This document shows positions 9,861-24,170 of a stretch of DNA of 64,000 bases, piece by piece. Numbering within the stretch: position 1 is the stretch's first letter; each line of letters starts with the position of its first letter. Where the stretch lies: the NCBI GenBank assembly GCA_030390025.1, contig CM059428.1, positions 86,242,001 through 86,306,000 on the forward strand, written 5' to 3'. The DNA comes from Squalus acanthias (lineage: Eukaryota). The position numbers and the translations under genes were made by a program. Below the pieces are notes generated by a model. That model was not told the DNA's origin and searched no databases. It worked only from the letters and a program-made list of their open reading frames with translations.

Positions 9861-11089
9861 GTACCCCTGGTATTCAAAATTTAGCAATATATACAAAGGC
9901 TTCAAAAAAACATACAGCTGCATCAGCAGCCAGAAGAAATAATTCAGCAACTAAACTGTTAGTAGTTCATGATCCTTTTAAATAGCGCTGGTTGTGGGTC
10001 CTTCATTTTGTTTATTGCCATGTTCAGCTGTGCGATGTTAAGACAGGGAATTGACTGGAGTATGCAGTTCAAAATAGGCAGCGCTGGTGTCAAATCAGTG
10101 TTGCACTCTGATTTGCGTCATAATCTGCCCATTTTTGATCCTTATGTGGCCACGTAGCACCTAATAAATGGGCGCTACACAGCCCAATTTAACTCGCATT
10201 GGGGTGTTACTGTCCCTAATCCAGCAAAGGAGGACCTTGCTTTTAGACCCTGAAAGAAGGAGGCCCATGTAATAGCATAATCATGTGTGTGGCAGGAGGT
10301 GGCCTTGGCAGTGCTTGCTACCTCACCCTGTTAAAGAATGTCGCTTGATACCAGAGTTGCATTCATTGTGACGGCACGCAGTCAGCCTTGACAATCTACA
10401 TTCTTCTTACAGGGGCAACACTTCTCAGCCAAAAACAAGGAAGTACCTTCTCAATTATTCAAGGATAGGGCTGTAAAACATCATTCAGGCACCTCAGAAC
10501 CTCCTGCCACTGTAGGCGATGGAGGAGGCTACGATAAAAAGGGTACACAAGAGGAGGCTTGACAAGAGTGGCCTTAAACAATAAGAAGATTGTCAGATTT
10601 GTTGTCAGTGAGATATTTTTACAACTGACAGGATATGTGCAGAATGATTAGGGGCAAAGTGGGAGGTTGCCTGCTCAAAGGAGTAGCAGAATAATCACCA
10701 AATGGAAGCTTTGGGAATTGCGGGGAGAGCTCAATGTTAGCAAGTAAATGAGTCGAGTTAGTTGCCAACATGCTGGCAGGATTCATTTGCAATTGTACTC
10801 AGATCTCAATCAGCTGAAGGGTTCCCTTATGAGCTGTGTCCAGAGCTATCTGCATAGTTCAGTTATTGCTTTATGAAGGAAGCACAGCGTACTGAAGTAT
10901 TGCCGAGGGGGGGGTCACAGTGAAGTTGTGTGCTTGGATCTGCAGACAGGGAGGTGTGGGTACCAGCGGCTGCCTACTGTGCTTGTGGTGACCCTCCTTG
11001 TCCTCCTCAATGCAGAGGAGCAAGGAAGACCGAAGGAATTCTCCACTGGCTCCCATAAAAGTTTGGTGGGAGGGGGAGTGAGGTGTTCT

Positions 11090-14000
11090 GTTCTTTTTCT
11101 ATCTTTGTCAGCTTCCAGGAGAGCAGGAGCTAAAAAGCTGCACAAGAGGGGACAGAGACCCAGCGGGAGTTCAGCTCTGACACCCCCCAACCACATCTGG
11201 AGAAAAATAAAATGTGACATCACAGGGAAAAGGGTAAGGGATTGGTTGGTGAGTATTTTACTCACTTCCCTTATCTCTTAAAGCCCAGGAAATGTATTAG
11301 TAATTGTAAGGTTTCATTAGTACTAGTTTACTAGCAGTAATAAATCTTATTAGGTGCAGTAGGGTTTGTTAATTAATTTTATTTTTATTAATAATTAAGA
11401 CTCACTAAAGGTGGCAGGGCAAGTGATGTGTTGCGACTGCAGTATGTGGGAGTTCCTGGATGCCAGTGTGATCCAGGACGAACATGTCTGCGGTAAGTAT
11501 CTGCAGCTTGAGGAGCTTCAGCTCAGAGTTGATGAGCTGGAGGCTGAGCTGTGGACTCTGCAATGCATCACCTGTGGGGGGGGGGGGCGGCAGGGGGAAG
11601 TTACCTGGACACTTTATTCCAGGAGGCAGTCATACCCCTTAGGATAGGGTCTTCTGATTTGGTCAGTGGTCAGGGACAGGAGGATGTGACTGCGAGTGAG
11701 GCAGGTATGGGGACCCAGGAGGTGGAGGAGCCTCGGCCTTCGCAATTGTCCAACAGGTTTGAGGTTCTTGCGGCCTGTACGGATGAAAGCGGTGGATGAG
11801 CAAACTGACCATGGCACTGAGGTACAGGAAGCCATTCAAGCGGGGGGAGTTAATAGGAATGTAGTGCTAATAGGGGACAGCATAGTCAGGGGGATAGATA
11901 CAGTTCTCTGCGGCCAAGAGCGAGAGTCCAGATGGCTGTGTTGCCTGCCCACTGCCAGGGTTTGGGACATCTGCTCTGGGCTGGAGAGGAACTTGCAGTG
12001 GGAGGGGGAGGGGGAGGGGGAGGAGCCAATGGTCGTGGTCCATGTCGGTACCAACGACATAGGTAGAACTAGGAAAGAGGTTCTGCTGAGAGAGTATGAG
12101 CAGCTAGGGGCTAAAGTATAAAGCAGAACCTCAAGGGTAATAATGTCTGCATTATTACCTGAGCCACGAGCAAATTGGCATAGGGTAAATAAAATTAGAG
12201 AGATGAATGCGTGGCTCAAAGACTGGTGTGGGAGAAATGGGTTTTGATTCCTGGGGCACTGGCACTAGTACTGGGGAAAGTGGGATCTGTATCGTTGGGA
12301 CGGTCTTCATCTGAACCGTGCTGGGACCAGTGTTCTGGCGAGTCGTATAACTAGGGCGGTAGAGAGGGTTTTAAACTAAATATTGGGGGCATGGGATCAA
12401 ATTTGGGAAGATGTGGTAATTCAAAAATTAGAGACAAGGCAATAGAGAAAGGTATTAATACGGGAAATGATAAACAGACCGTGACAGGAAGGGATAGAGT
12501 ACAAATCTAAAAGTAAATCAACAGATAAGGCTAGAGGTTACAAAAATAATAAAAGAACAAAACTAAAGGCTCTGCATCTGAATGCACGTAGCATTCGAAA
12601 CAAAACAGATGAACTGATAGATCATGTTTATTTATTTCTATTTGCGCTGATAGCCATTACAGAAACATGGCTGCAGGATGACAAATTGGGACCTGAATAT
12701 TGAAGGGTACATGACATTCAGGAAGGACAGGAAGCTAGGAAAAAGGTGGAGAGGTGGCTCTGTTAATTAATGATGGTATTAGCACAATAGAGAGGGATGA
12801 CCTAAGTTCAGGAAACCAGGATGTAGAAGTGATTTGGGTAGAGATGAGAAATGATAAAGGCAAGAAGTCACTTGTGGGAGTGGTGTACAAGCCCCCTAAC
12901 TGTAACCACATGGTAGGATGGAGTATAAAGGAAGAAATAATGGGAGCTTGTCAGAAGGGTACGGCAATAATCATGGGGGATTTTAATCTGCATATAGACT
13001 GGGAAAATCAGATTGGCGAAGTTAGCATAGATGAGGAGTTCATGGAATGTTTTCGGGATAGTTTCTTACAACAGCACGTTCTGGAGCCAACCAGAGAGCA
13101 GGCTATACTAGACCTGGTATTGTGCAACGAGATAGGATTAATTAATGACCTCATAGCGCAGGCGCCCCTAGGTAGCAGCGATCATAATATGATTGAATTT
13201 TACATTCGGTTTGAGAGAGAGAAGAGTGGGTCCAAGAATAGTATTTTAAACTTAAATAAGGGCAATTATGAGGGCATGAAAGCAGAGCTAGCTAAAGTGA
13301 ACTGGCAAATTAGGTTAAGGGATAGGTCAATAGAGTTGCAGTGGCAGACATTTAAGGGGATATTTCAAAATACACAGAATATATACATTCCAACAAGAAA
13401 GAAAAATTCCAAGGGGAGGACCCACCATCCGTGGTTAACTAAAAAAAGTTAAAGATAGTATCAAACTTAAAGAAAAAGCATATAATTGCACAAAGATAGG
13501 TGGCAGGTCAGAAGATTGGACAGAATATAAAAAACAGCAAAGAATGACTAAAAGATTAATAAGGAGAGAAAAATTAGAGTACGAGAGAAAGCTAGCTAGA
13601 AATATAAAAACAGATAGTTAGGGGGAGAAATTCAGTATCGCCCCATTTGGGGCGCAATTATCGGCCGGGCGCAAAGATTAGCGCCTGGCGCTAATTATCG
13701 CCACCGACTGCAAACTTGACTTTTATCGCCCCTGGAGGTGATTGGAGCGCTAAATCAGGCGCTTCACACCTGTCTTAAGGCGCAAAGGCCGAGGAGCGAG
13801 GCGCTTCCTCAGAGCGCTGGCGAAGCTCATGTAATGTCAGTCAGCAATGGAACACACACACAATGGCACGGGCCAGTTCTTAAAGGGGATGGTTAATCTT
13901 GCTTTCCATCCACATCCTGCTCATTGCAGCCTTGAATCTCGGCCTGGAGAGACCTGCACATCAAATCTGCTGGTAAGAACAATGGAGAGTACCAGGCAAA

Positions 14001-15598
14001 GAGCTCAGAGTGCAGCCCCCACAGTCTCTTCTAAATCGATACAAGGAATGGCAAATCAAAATGAACCTGCAAAGTGCTGCTCAGTACCCAAAACTCCTTC
14101 ACACAATGTTGAATCTCTCCAGAAGTCTCTCTCTCTCTCTCTGAATGCATAGTTAAAAAATGGCACCAACAATAAAAGGCAGGAAGCGGTCACCTTTAAA
14201 TAGCGCTCCCCCTTTCCCTTCATGACTGCAGAACACTCCCCTCAACCTGTCGTTGCTAGCATCAGGCGGTAAGGCAGGGGGCGCCACTCAATATCCGCTC
14301 CGGGGCGATACCGGGGCGTTGCGCACTCGACTGACGTCACAATCTCCCGGCGCATGAGATCATGGCGGTAGTGTTTAGTGCCACCGCAAAATGTCTAGTT
14401 AATTTTGCGAGCGGCACAAACTTCGCCGCGCCTGGGCGCTAGATGCTTTGTGCCCCATTAGCACCCTCTTAAGGCGCTAACGGGAGGCGCAACCAACTGA
14501 ATTTTTCCCCCTAAGAGTTTCTATAGATATTTTAAAAAGAAAAAAGAGTTAACAAAGTGAGCGTTGGTCCTATAAAAAGTGAGTCTGGGGAATTAATAAT
14601 GGAAAATAAGGAGATGGCAGTTGAATTGAACAGGTATTTTGCATTGGTCTTCACTATAGAGGATACAAGTAACATCCCAGAAATAGCTGTAAATCAGGAA
14701 ATGGAAGGGAGGGAGGAACTCAAGAAAATTATAACCAGGGAAGTGGTACTGAGCAAATTGTTGGAGCTGCGGGTTGACAAGTCCCTGGGTCCTGATGGAC
14801 TTCATCCTAGGGTCTTAAAAGAAGTGGCGAGTGAGATAGTTGATGCATTGGTTTTAATTTTCCAAAATTCTAGATTCGGGGAAGGTTCCATTAGATTGGA
14901 AAATAGCGAATGTAACTCCTTTATTCAAAAAGGGAGGGAGACAGAAAGCAGGAAACTACAGGTCAGTTAGCTTAACATCTGTCATAGGGAAGATGTTAGA
15001 AGCTATTATTAAAGATGTTATAGCAGGGCATTTAGAAAAGTTCAAAGTTATCAGGCAGAGTCAACATGGTTTTGTGCAAGGGAAATCATGTTTAACCAAT
15101 TTATTGGAGTTCTTTGAGGCAGTAACATGTGCTGTGGATAAAGGGGAACCGGTGGATGTACCGTACTTAGATTTCCAGAAGGCATTTGATAAAGGTGCCA
15201 CATCAAAGGTTATTGCGGAAAATAAAAGCTCATGGTGTAGGGGGTAACATATTGGCATGGATAGAAGATTGGCTAGCTAACAGGAAACAGAGTAGGCATA
15301 AATGGGTCATTTTCTGATTGGCAAGATGTAACGAGTGGTGTGCCACAGGGATCATTGCTGGGGCCTCAACTTTTTACAATTTATATAAATGACTTGGATG
15401 AAGGGACCAAAGGTATGGTTGCTAAATTTTCTGATGACACAAAGATAGGTAGGAAAGTAAATTGTGAAGAGGACATAAGAAGGCTACAAAGGGATATAGA
15501 TAAGTTAAGTAAGTGGGCAAAGATCTGGCAAATGGAGTATAATGTGGGAAAATGTGAAGTTGTCCATTTTGGCTGGAAGATTAAAAAAGAAGCATATT
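11090..15598 (+). mobile_element. CR1 LINE, decayed: ORF1 zinc finger/esterase plus ORF2 APE-RT; interrupted by a MITE; 5' boundary approximate
   Basis: ORF1 CCDCSMWEF..HVCGKY plus leucine zipper, and GDSL/SGNH motifs IGDSIVR and VHVGTND. APE motifs MGDFN and GSSDHN; RT motifs QHGF, YLDFQKAFD, PQGSLLGP, FSDD. Confidence 0.92.
13621..14511. mobile_element. Non-autonomous PIF/Harbinger-like DNA transposon inserted in CR1 ORF2
   Basis: TIRs GGGGGAGAAATTCAGT / ACTGAATTTTTCCCCC (one mismatch), flanked by TTA and TAA. CR1 sequence is continuous across the insertion. Confidence 0.8.
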
Positions 15599-16142
15599 AA
15601 AGTGCACCCATGCTGATGGAATAAATGGCAGGTAAAGTAGAGATGACAGAAGCGATCTGTCCATGGTGGGAGAGGTAATGAGGTCAGACTACATGGAGAC
15701 TTGTGTAAAGACTTGCAGCATCCTGAATCTGTTGTGGAAATGCAGTTTAGAGTTGCTAGTGCTTAAGGGAAGATAACTGAATCACCTGGGAGCTTTGAGT
15801 TGACATTTGAATCTGTCAACTCATCAGCTGATTCAATGGCCACTGACCTCCCGCCTCAGCTTCACGGACGAGGTCTAGGCACAGCGGGAAACCCGTGGGA
15901 GACCTGTGAAAGTTAAAAAGCTGGGGAAAAAGCATTAAGTGGCTGTAAGCAAGCCACTAATGATTTAAATTGGGTTCCCTGCCACTGTCCGTCAGGTCTG
16001 CTCAGCACTGGCAGACCCGACATCGGGAAATGCAGGTGTGCGCGTTTTGATATTGGGTTCCCGACCCACTGTCAATCATTTTAAATTTCACAGCTGACCC
16101 GTCGCCAATCGGGTTCGCTGAGCGCCGGCAAAATCGCGGCCC

Positions 16143-16855
16143 TTGAGTTGTATGTACACAAACCTTTGATGGTGGCAGGACAAGTTGAGAAGGCTGCTAA
16201 AAAAACATACGGGATCCTTGGCTTTTTTTTAATAGAGGCATAGAGTACAAAAGCAAGGAAGTTATGCTAAACCTTTATAAAACACTGGTTAGCCCTCAGC
16301 TAGACTATTGTGTTCCATTCTGGGCACAACACTTTAGGAAGGATGTCAAGGCCTTGGAGAGGGTGCAGAAGAGATTTACTAGAATGGTACCAGGGATGAG
16401 GAACTTCAGTTATGTGGAGAGACTGGAGAAGCTGAGGTTGTTCTCCTTAGAGCAGAGAAGGTTAGGAGGAGATTTGATAGAGATGTTCAAAATCATGAAT
16501 GGTTTTGATAAGAGTAAATAAGGAGAAACTGTTTCCACTGACAGATGGGTCAGTAAGCAGAGGACACAGATTTAAGGTGATTGGCAAAAGAACCAGAGGA
16601 GACATGAGGGAAACATTTTTTTTTTTTTTTTTTTTTACAGTGAATTGTTGTGATCTGGAACGTACTGCCTGAAAGGGTGGTGGAAGCAGATTCAATAGTA
16701 ACTTTCAAAAGGGATTTGGATAAATACTTTAAGGTAAAGTATTTACAGGGCTATGGGGAAAGAGCGGGGGAATGGGACCAGTTGGATAGCTCTAACAAAG
16801 AGGCATGATGGGCCGACTGGCCTCCTTCTGTGCTGTATCATTCTACGATTCTATG
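16143..16855 (+). mobile_element. CR1 LINE 3' fragment with tail
   Basis: LYKTLVSPQLDYCVPFW...LEQRRLGGDLIE; ends with TTCTACGATTCTATG tail. Confidence 0.88.
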
Positions 16856-17327
16856 TTGTGTGAGGGCAGAATTGGGCTTGGCTGTAATGCCCCCTTCATG
16901 GTAGAATAGCCTGATCACCCTCACCATCTAAGCTCACATAAATAAATTACAATTCCCAGTGTAATGAATTGCCATGTGGGATGTGGATGTTTGAGCAGTT
17001 GTACTAACTGCACTCATAGGTGTCAGCACTTAACCAAGTCTAAGACCAATCAATAAGATTATTAGATTTTCTGGGATGCGTTAGATATTTTGACCGGAAT
17101 TTTCCTTACCTGGGCGGGTCCGGTGTGGCCAGTGACTGTGGCGGGTCGCGACCCCACTACTGGCTCCATCCCGCTGTACAAAATGAACTTGCCTTAATGG
17201 GGCCTATTAAGCCCGCCCAGCACATTACCTGGGCCAATTAGCTGGAGCAGGTTTGGTGACGTCATACATGGCGTGTTTTAAGCTGGGATCCTTAAAGGGA
17301 CCCTGGCCACATTAGATTTTAAGTTCA

Positions 17328-17482
17328 GTCTAACATTGTGGGTGTTGAATCTTTACTGTACAATAATATAAGTTATATATGAATGACAAAGAAATATATA
17401 AATAATATTCAATCTAACATAGTGGGTGTTGAATCTTTACTGTACAATAATAAGTTATATGAATGACAAATATATAAATAAG
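17328..17482. repeat. Local tandem duplication (two imperfect ~70-85 bp units)
   Basis: TCTAACAT(T/A)GTGGGTGTTGAATCTTTACTGTACAATAAT...GAATGACAAA occurs at ~17329 and ~17413. Confidence 0.85.
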
Positions 17483-19351
17483 TAATATGACTCCATCTAC
17501 AAATACAATCAAGAACATAATTAACAAAGTACATTAATTGTGAAGTTATTGGTGCTTAAGTCACAAATCTATAGACGTTTGTATTAGCAACTGGTACAAA
17601 TAAAAGATGTGTGTGTATATAAGTAATACATAAAATTAAGCAGATTTTAAATGTAATTTTAAAGGGGTGGATTTACAATCTGATGCAAGTTCAGTGGAAG
17701 AGCTGTGGAAACCCTGTCAAACAGTGCAAGTGGTGCTTACAATGTGTTTCTGGGATTTCTGCAGCTCTTCCATTGAAGTTAACAATGGACAAGTGAGAGA
17801 ACCGCCACAGAAATTCACCCTAAAGTCTTGGACTGAAAAATTAAATTAGTCACATTCAGGGACTGAAAGCAAATTGAACCGGTGGAATGAGTGATGAGAA
17901 TGAAACTGTTACAGTTGATGACTTGATATAATGTGTAACTGGACAATCACGGTATATTATGAGAAAAACCTGACCAGAAACAACACAAAAATTAATTTAA
18001 ATGGTATATATCATATTTTATAGTGCAGATCAATTCACTGCAATTACTGTTCAGTTGGAAGGCAACAGTTGAGAATATCCAGTGAAAAATTAACATTTAC
18101 CAGTAGCTTTTTAAGTAGAACAGAATCTCCATCAATCTGTTAGCTGATGTAATCAACATGTTTTTAATTTTGGTTTGTTTTCCATGCTGACAAGTAATCA
18201 GCTGGAGCAATGGGCACGGAACTCACGCCTCAGGTTGACTGACGTGGTTCCCGAGCTATGTGAATCCCGTGGCCACGCAGGGAAATTTACAAAGTAGGGG
18301 GAAAAAGGCTCTTAAGTGCCTGTAAAGTACCTCAATGTTCACAATTGGGTCCCCCACCACTGCAGGGCGGGTCGGCTCCACGCTGATAGATGAGCCTGGG
18401 GGAAAGGCGCGTGGGAGCGAGTTGACAGTGGGTTCCTGATCCACTGTCAAAAAAAACACAACTTTCCCACCCGACCCGCCACCGATCGCGCCCGCTAACA
18501 CCACGGAAAATTCAGCCCTTTGGTTTTTTTCTGTATAACAGCAATGCAATTGAATTTAAATCTGTTGAATGTACTTTTTAATGTTTATTTTAATAAAATT
18601 TTAGCTGACTATTAAATAGTTCACCACATTCAGGGCTCCGTAGCACATTTCCCATAGCATTATAGAATTTTTACAGCACAGAAACAGACCATTCAGCCCA
18701 TCAAGTCAGCACTGGTGTTTTTCTCCACATAAGCGAACTAGTCAAATCTCACTCTCCTGTTTGCTCCCTTCAGTTTATTAGTAATATCACAAGTAAAGGT
18801 TTATGTAACAGAATTTTTGAAAACTTGACATCCATTCATGTAAATTTCTCCAGCAAAATTATGGATTACAAGAACACATTTGGAAAGAAAAACAAAGTCG
18901 CGCAAACTTAATGTATATTTTTTTTATTCTAAAAAAGTTAAAAACTATTTAGTACTGTAACATATTACAATAATGCTACTCAAACAAATATAAAAACAAC
19001 AATGCTACAAAAATGTACAATATTCAGTGCTAGGTATGTTGTTTAAGCAACCAAACTGGTTTATTCAAAGTCTACAATTTGTAGGGATATCCCAGTTGAG
19101 TAACTAGCCTGTAATATTTAATGAAATAAATGGTTTTGGGTTCTAATTTTCCCAGCCCCGGTATCACCGCCATCTCTAACATGAACACATCTCACTTCTG
19201 TGAAATTACTGCCAATATTGCATGAATAAAAATGAATATCGTTAAGGCTTAGTTATCAGCCAATATATTCATTTTATTAAAACAAATAGTTTTTGAATGG
19301 ATAAAATGGTATTGATGTAGTGTCAATATCTAAAATAATTGGATAAGAAAA

Positions 19352-19661
19352 AAAGACTTGCATTTCTACAGCGCCTTTCATGACCTCAGGACGTCCCAAA
19401 GTGCTTTACAGCCAATGAAGTACTTTTGAAGTGTAGTCACTGTTGTAATGTCGGAAACGCGGCAGCCAATTTGCGCACAGCAAGCTCCCACAAACAGCAA
19501 TGTGATAATAACCAGATAATCTGTTTTTGTTATGTTGATTGAGGGATAAATATTGGCTAAGGACACCAGGGATAACTCCCCTGCTCTCCTTCAAAATAGT
19601 GCCATGGGATTTTTTACGTCCACCTGAGAGCAGACTAGGTTTACTGTCTCATCCGAAAGAT
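19352..19661 (-). mobile_element. DeuSINE (SacSINE1-like), 5'-truncated
   Basis: Matches 1-320 of this window. Confidence 0.85.
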
Positions 19662-22600
19662 GAGTAAAGAAGGTGGAAAGGATTTTTCCTTTGGAACTTT
19701 GGCATGAAAATTGGATTGCCTCATCTGTTTTTAAGCAACAATTCATAAAAGACCATTTTTTGATATATTCTTAACTTATATCTTAGTATTTTTTTTGTCA
19801 TTAAACAATGCAAGCCCTTAAGAGATCAAACTTCACCCATTCTGCATGTGCAACTTCTTTAGCTCATCAGAGAATTACAGGAAATTGATTAAACAGCTAT
19901 TTGCAGCATTTCTCATATTAACTGCATGTAATGACTAATTAGCAGCAATTATGCAAAGATATATGTATCTTCAATATGCCAAACTGCAAGAATAAACCAT
20001 TTTGGTAAGACTGCTTAAACAACATCTTAAGATATATTAACTATTAACATGGTTTCATTAAACAGTAGCAACATATAGCTTTATACAGGCATCAACAGTA
20101 AACCTAGGAAAGAGTCTCTGATACAAAGAAATCTAAATAAATTAAGTATTATTAAAGATTAGACATTAAATGATTATTTATCCTACCATAATCAGAATTC
20201 ATAATAAATATCAAAACTTCCATTAATCGTTAGTGCAAGTTTAGAGTCTTTTAGAAATAGGATTGACATTCTATAGCTATTTGCCCATTTTTGTAATTAA
20301 TGTGAGAAATTGTACCAGTTCTATTATCAATTGCTGATTATCTTGTTTTCTAAAGTGCACAGTGTTAACCAAAGAAACTCATACATCAGAAAAATTGTCA
20401 AATAACTGAACATTAAATATTATTGCAAAACAAGCTTTATCTATATTGTTCTACTAACAGTTGCCCTAGATATTTTTCCAGACAGCTACTCTATACTTGT
20501 TTTGTACCTTATACAATTACATCAGTAGTATCAATGCACTTTTTAGAAATGTGAAAGATTTGACATAGATAAGAAACTCAAAAACTTGGGATTTTGTTTT
20601 TTCTTGGGGGTATATAGTCTTAATAAAGCAACTTGCAAACTGAAGAGATATAACAAAATAATTTTGATGATTTTAATGCTTTCCACTTTTTTGTTGGGAG
20701 AAGAGCATTCATGTTTAGTGCTGAGGGTTATAATGCTACTTGAATCAACAGCTTCAGGACATTACTTCACTTTATAAAATCATACCATCTCTCTCAACTA
20801 ATTGCAAGAGGATACTGCACATACGAGAACACACTAAAGCCCAGAAACTATTCTTTGCAGTATTAGTGGACAAACATTTAATGCATCATTTGACAGTCCT
20901 CTGAACACTATTTTAATTCAGGTACTAACTTATTTTAAATAGGTTAATGCCTCTGCTAAAATGGAGCAGAGAGGAGTATAATTCGAGTGTGTTAAATGTT
21001 CATCTGCTGATATGGGCAACGATAATTTCTAGGTTTATATATAAAGAGCTATGAAACATGCTCAATAATGCTAGAAATGAAGTCAATGAGAACAATCCAT
21101 TAAGAGAGGAACCTTTCCATATAATAATGAATATAAATATTTAATCTATTGATTCTTCAAAACTTCCCCTCGCTTTTGACTCAGAAAAAGAACCCCCTCT
21201 CTTGACTGAATCATTGATTTATTATAAATTATAAAGCTGAAGGTTGATTTTATACTTATTTCATATCTAGACTGCCTCCAGTGCATCATAGAATGACTCA
21301 CAGTACTACAGAAAAAGAATACACAGATAAACATGTACATGTGTAGACTTATATACACTTGCACATATAGAGGTAAATATTGCCAACTAAAGTTATTATA
21401 TGTTATTAAATAAATACATTATAAGGCTCAGGACTGATCTGGAGTGTCTCTGTGGTAGGAGATGCAACTTTCTAAGCCTTCATTCTCTCAAAACAGAATC
21501 TGAAGATTTCTTTACGAGCAACACTATAGTACTTCGATAGAAAGGAAAATCAGGCCGGGTGTATAAAGGGTGGCTGGTCAGCTACCACCCATTTTCTGCC
21601 ACCACTGAAAGTTAAAATCCCTCCTTATGTTTAACAAACTGATGGACATAGAGAATTATTGTTTTTGTAGTGTGGGACTGGATGCATATAAAAATAGAGC
21701 AAGGATAGGGAGTATCAGAAGGGGAGCAGGAAGTGATTTTATTAAAATGGGTAACAATATGATAGATGGCGTTGAAACGGCAGACCCTAGAAATCTTTGC
21801 ATGCTGTGCAGTTCCAAAATATGGGAGAGATTCTTGACTACACTCTTAAAGGACTCCCTCTAACAAAATCATAAGCCTGGAAATTTGACTTTAATATATT
21901 ATCGTACAAATAGATTAATGTCTACGTCATAGTAGCAGACAGAGGGTGTATTTTTCACAAATGTGTTAACTTCGTACGATAATGTTGTGCACGATAATTC
22001 CCAGTCTATAAGGTTAAAGAACAATCACCTTTGAAGGGTGATTTTATTAACTCTTTCACCAGCCGATTTTGGTATTTTGTGAGGATATCGCTATACATAA
22101 ATTTGTTGTGAAAATACACAGGCCATTTTGCAGATTTTTCATAAAAATGTAAAAATATATAAAACACATTTAAAAATATAGGGGGTGAATCTCCATGGCG
22201 GTTCTTCCACTTGTTTCCTGTAATTTGGGTGAAAGAGCCAAGGAAGCCCTAGACAAACGTTATGAACAGCATTTACACCATTGTTCTGGAGGGTTACGTG
22301 GCTGTTCCAACACGGTTACGCCGGACAAGTGGGAGACCCTCAGTGAAAATTGACCCCCATTCTGTCGTAGTATTTCTGTTTCAGATATTCAGTACACACT
22401 GAATTCCATTTACTGATTGCATTTTATCAACTTCGAAATAAATAAACATAAAAATAGCAATCCAAAGGTAAATATGGATCTTACTCTTCAGACATTTGTT
22501 TGCAACATCAACGCTAAATGGAGGTGAAAGAGTTAAGCAGTCATTGAACTATCACAGTATTCTCTTTCTTGGATAAAAATAGTTTCACAGATCTTATTTA

Positions 22601-23396
22601 GTACCTATGCGGTATTGTTGATGATTTTGTATTCTGTTAAACATAGTTCCCCAGTAGTGATAATTAAAATCATAACAGTGCAATTATTTCCAGTGGTTTG
22701 CTTTCAAATATTATATTGCACAGAGAGTTATCTATTGCTGGTCTACCTTACATCTATAGTTATCTCTTCAGTTCCAAGATTGGTGGTTCTCATAAGCACA
22801 GCATATAACAAACAAAACATTTTGATAAAATTCTAAACATTTGCAGAACTATAGAATAGCAATACAGATTTCATTACTTCTGAATTCACTTTGATTTAAT
22901 TCACATTGAATTTCAATTAGCTTGAGTCTGAAATGCATATAAACCATTTGAGATTATTGCCATGACTGAAGAATGTCAATGCATGACACACTATGTGGTA
23001 TCTTGATGACTGCAATCTATTTCTTGGTTGCAGTAAAATGTTAAACTTTGTATTCAGCTGCCTATTAGATAACACTTTTCACAAGCTTTTGGGGATTACA
23101 ATGCCATCAGTTGGGAAACAGACATGGAAACAGGTTTCTCAATAATATTCCTGGTGTCACAGGATGGAATTATGAAGAAAGACTGGAGAAAGTTGAGCTC
23201 TTCAGCCTTGATAGACGGTGACTGAGAGGGGACCCCACAGATGTACATAATAAGAAATAGTATAGAAAAGGTAAATTAAAAATATTACTTGAAGTTAAGC
23301 CATGACAATAGGACAAGTGGATACAGGTTTGAAATAGTGAAAGACAAGTTTAGGACGATGCCGGAAGGTTTGCTTCATGCAGAGTAATCAACACAT

Positions 23397-23528
23397 GGGG
23401 TGAAATTGACCATGAGCAGGAGCGCAAAACAGGCGATAGTGAATCGGCAGCCCCTTTTTACACCCCGCCCGATTTTCTTTGAGTTCTGCTGCCGACTTGC
23501 TTTACCGCCAGAGACCAATTTCACCCCC
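23397..23528. mobile_element. Short (~130 bp) MITE within an old CR1 fragment
   Basis: Termini GGGGTGAAATTG...CAATTTCACCCC. Similar short elements at ~17664-17821, ~22181-22358 and ~52695-52860. Confidence 0.65.
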
Positions 23529-23752
23529 ATGGAGTGGATTTCCTGGTGGGGTAATGGGGCAAAAATCTTCAAATCATTTAAGAAATAGTTGGGTATTGCG
23601 ATAAGGAATGGGCACTGTTGGCTTTTCTGGATGGGTGAGCTCGAATGGATTGAACATTGCCCTCCTCATCCATATCTATCTTGTGATCTGGTCATTTGGT
23701 CTGGATCCCATTAAGTAGTTTGGGATCCTGTACTATTTTTGTAATGTTTCTG

Positions 23753-23869
23753 TTACAAGTCAAGCTTCTGAATTACTTGCATTTTGTTGATGTACACATG
23801 GAGCTCCTCTGGTTTGTCACGCCTGTATGCTATAGTTTTTGAACTGACTACAGGTAATGGAGTTTGTCC
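23753..23869 (-). CDS. ITGB8: Integrin beta-8, terminal coding exon (cytoplasmic tail)
   Basis: Acceptor TTTTTCAAG, then GQTPLPVVSSKTIAYRRDKPEELHVYINKMQVIQKLDL-stop. YRRxKPEE is typical of the beta-8 tail. Phase 0 matches the previous exon. Confidence 0.92.
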   Translation of the reverse strand, partial: GQTPLPVVSSKTIAYRRDKPEELHVYINKMQVIQKLDL

Positions 23870-24003
23870 CTTGAAAAAGAAAAGAAATTTGTACCTTCAG
23901 TAGTTTTTCCCCAGTATATTTCCCTCATGATGAATTACCAGAAATAATTGAAACAGTTTTAAACTTTCTGGCCACTTGTAAATCTATAACCTACTAATTC
24001 TAC

Positions 24004-24170
24004 CTTTTGTGGAGGAGATACTTTGCAATTGGTTCCAGGGCGACTTGGTGCATTTGAATTCCAGTGCATCATTATCTGCCTGATTACCATCACAATAATT
24101 AATCCAGTGATAACTGTACCAACAGAGAAGACTAGAAACATTGCAAGGATCTTGTGGCTAGAGTAGTATT
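24004..24170 (-). CDS. ITGB8: Integrin beta-8 transmembrane exon
   Basis: Acceptor TTTTGCAG, (E)YYSSHKILAMFLVFSVGTVITGLIIVMVIRQIMMHWNSN...SPPQK, donor GTAGAA. IRQxxxxWNSN is beta-8-like. 167 nt, phases 1/0. Confidence 0.93.

Larger units (their letters stand above)
18700..23752 (-). other. Probable long AT-rich 3' UTR of ITGB8; end uncertain
   Basis: Follows the stop at 23753. AT-rich, poor in young LINEs, with several minus-strand AATAAA hexamers (TTTATT at ~18774, ~18923, ~19059). Mammalian ITGB8 is known to have a multi-kb 3' UTR. Confidence 0.4.
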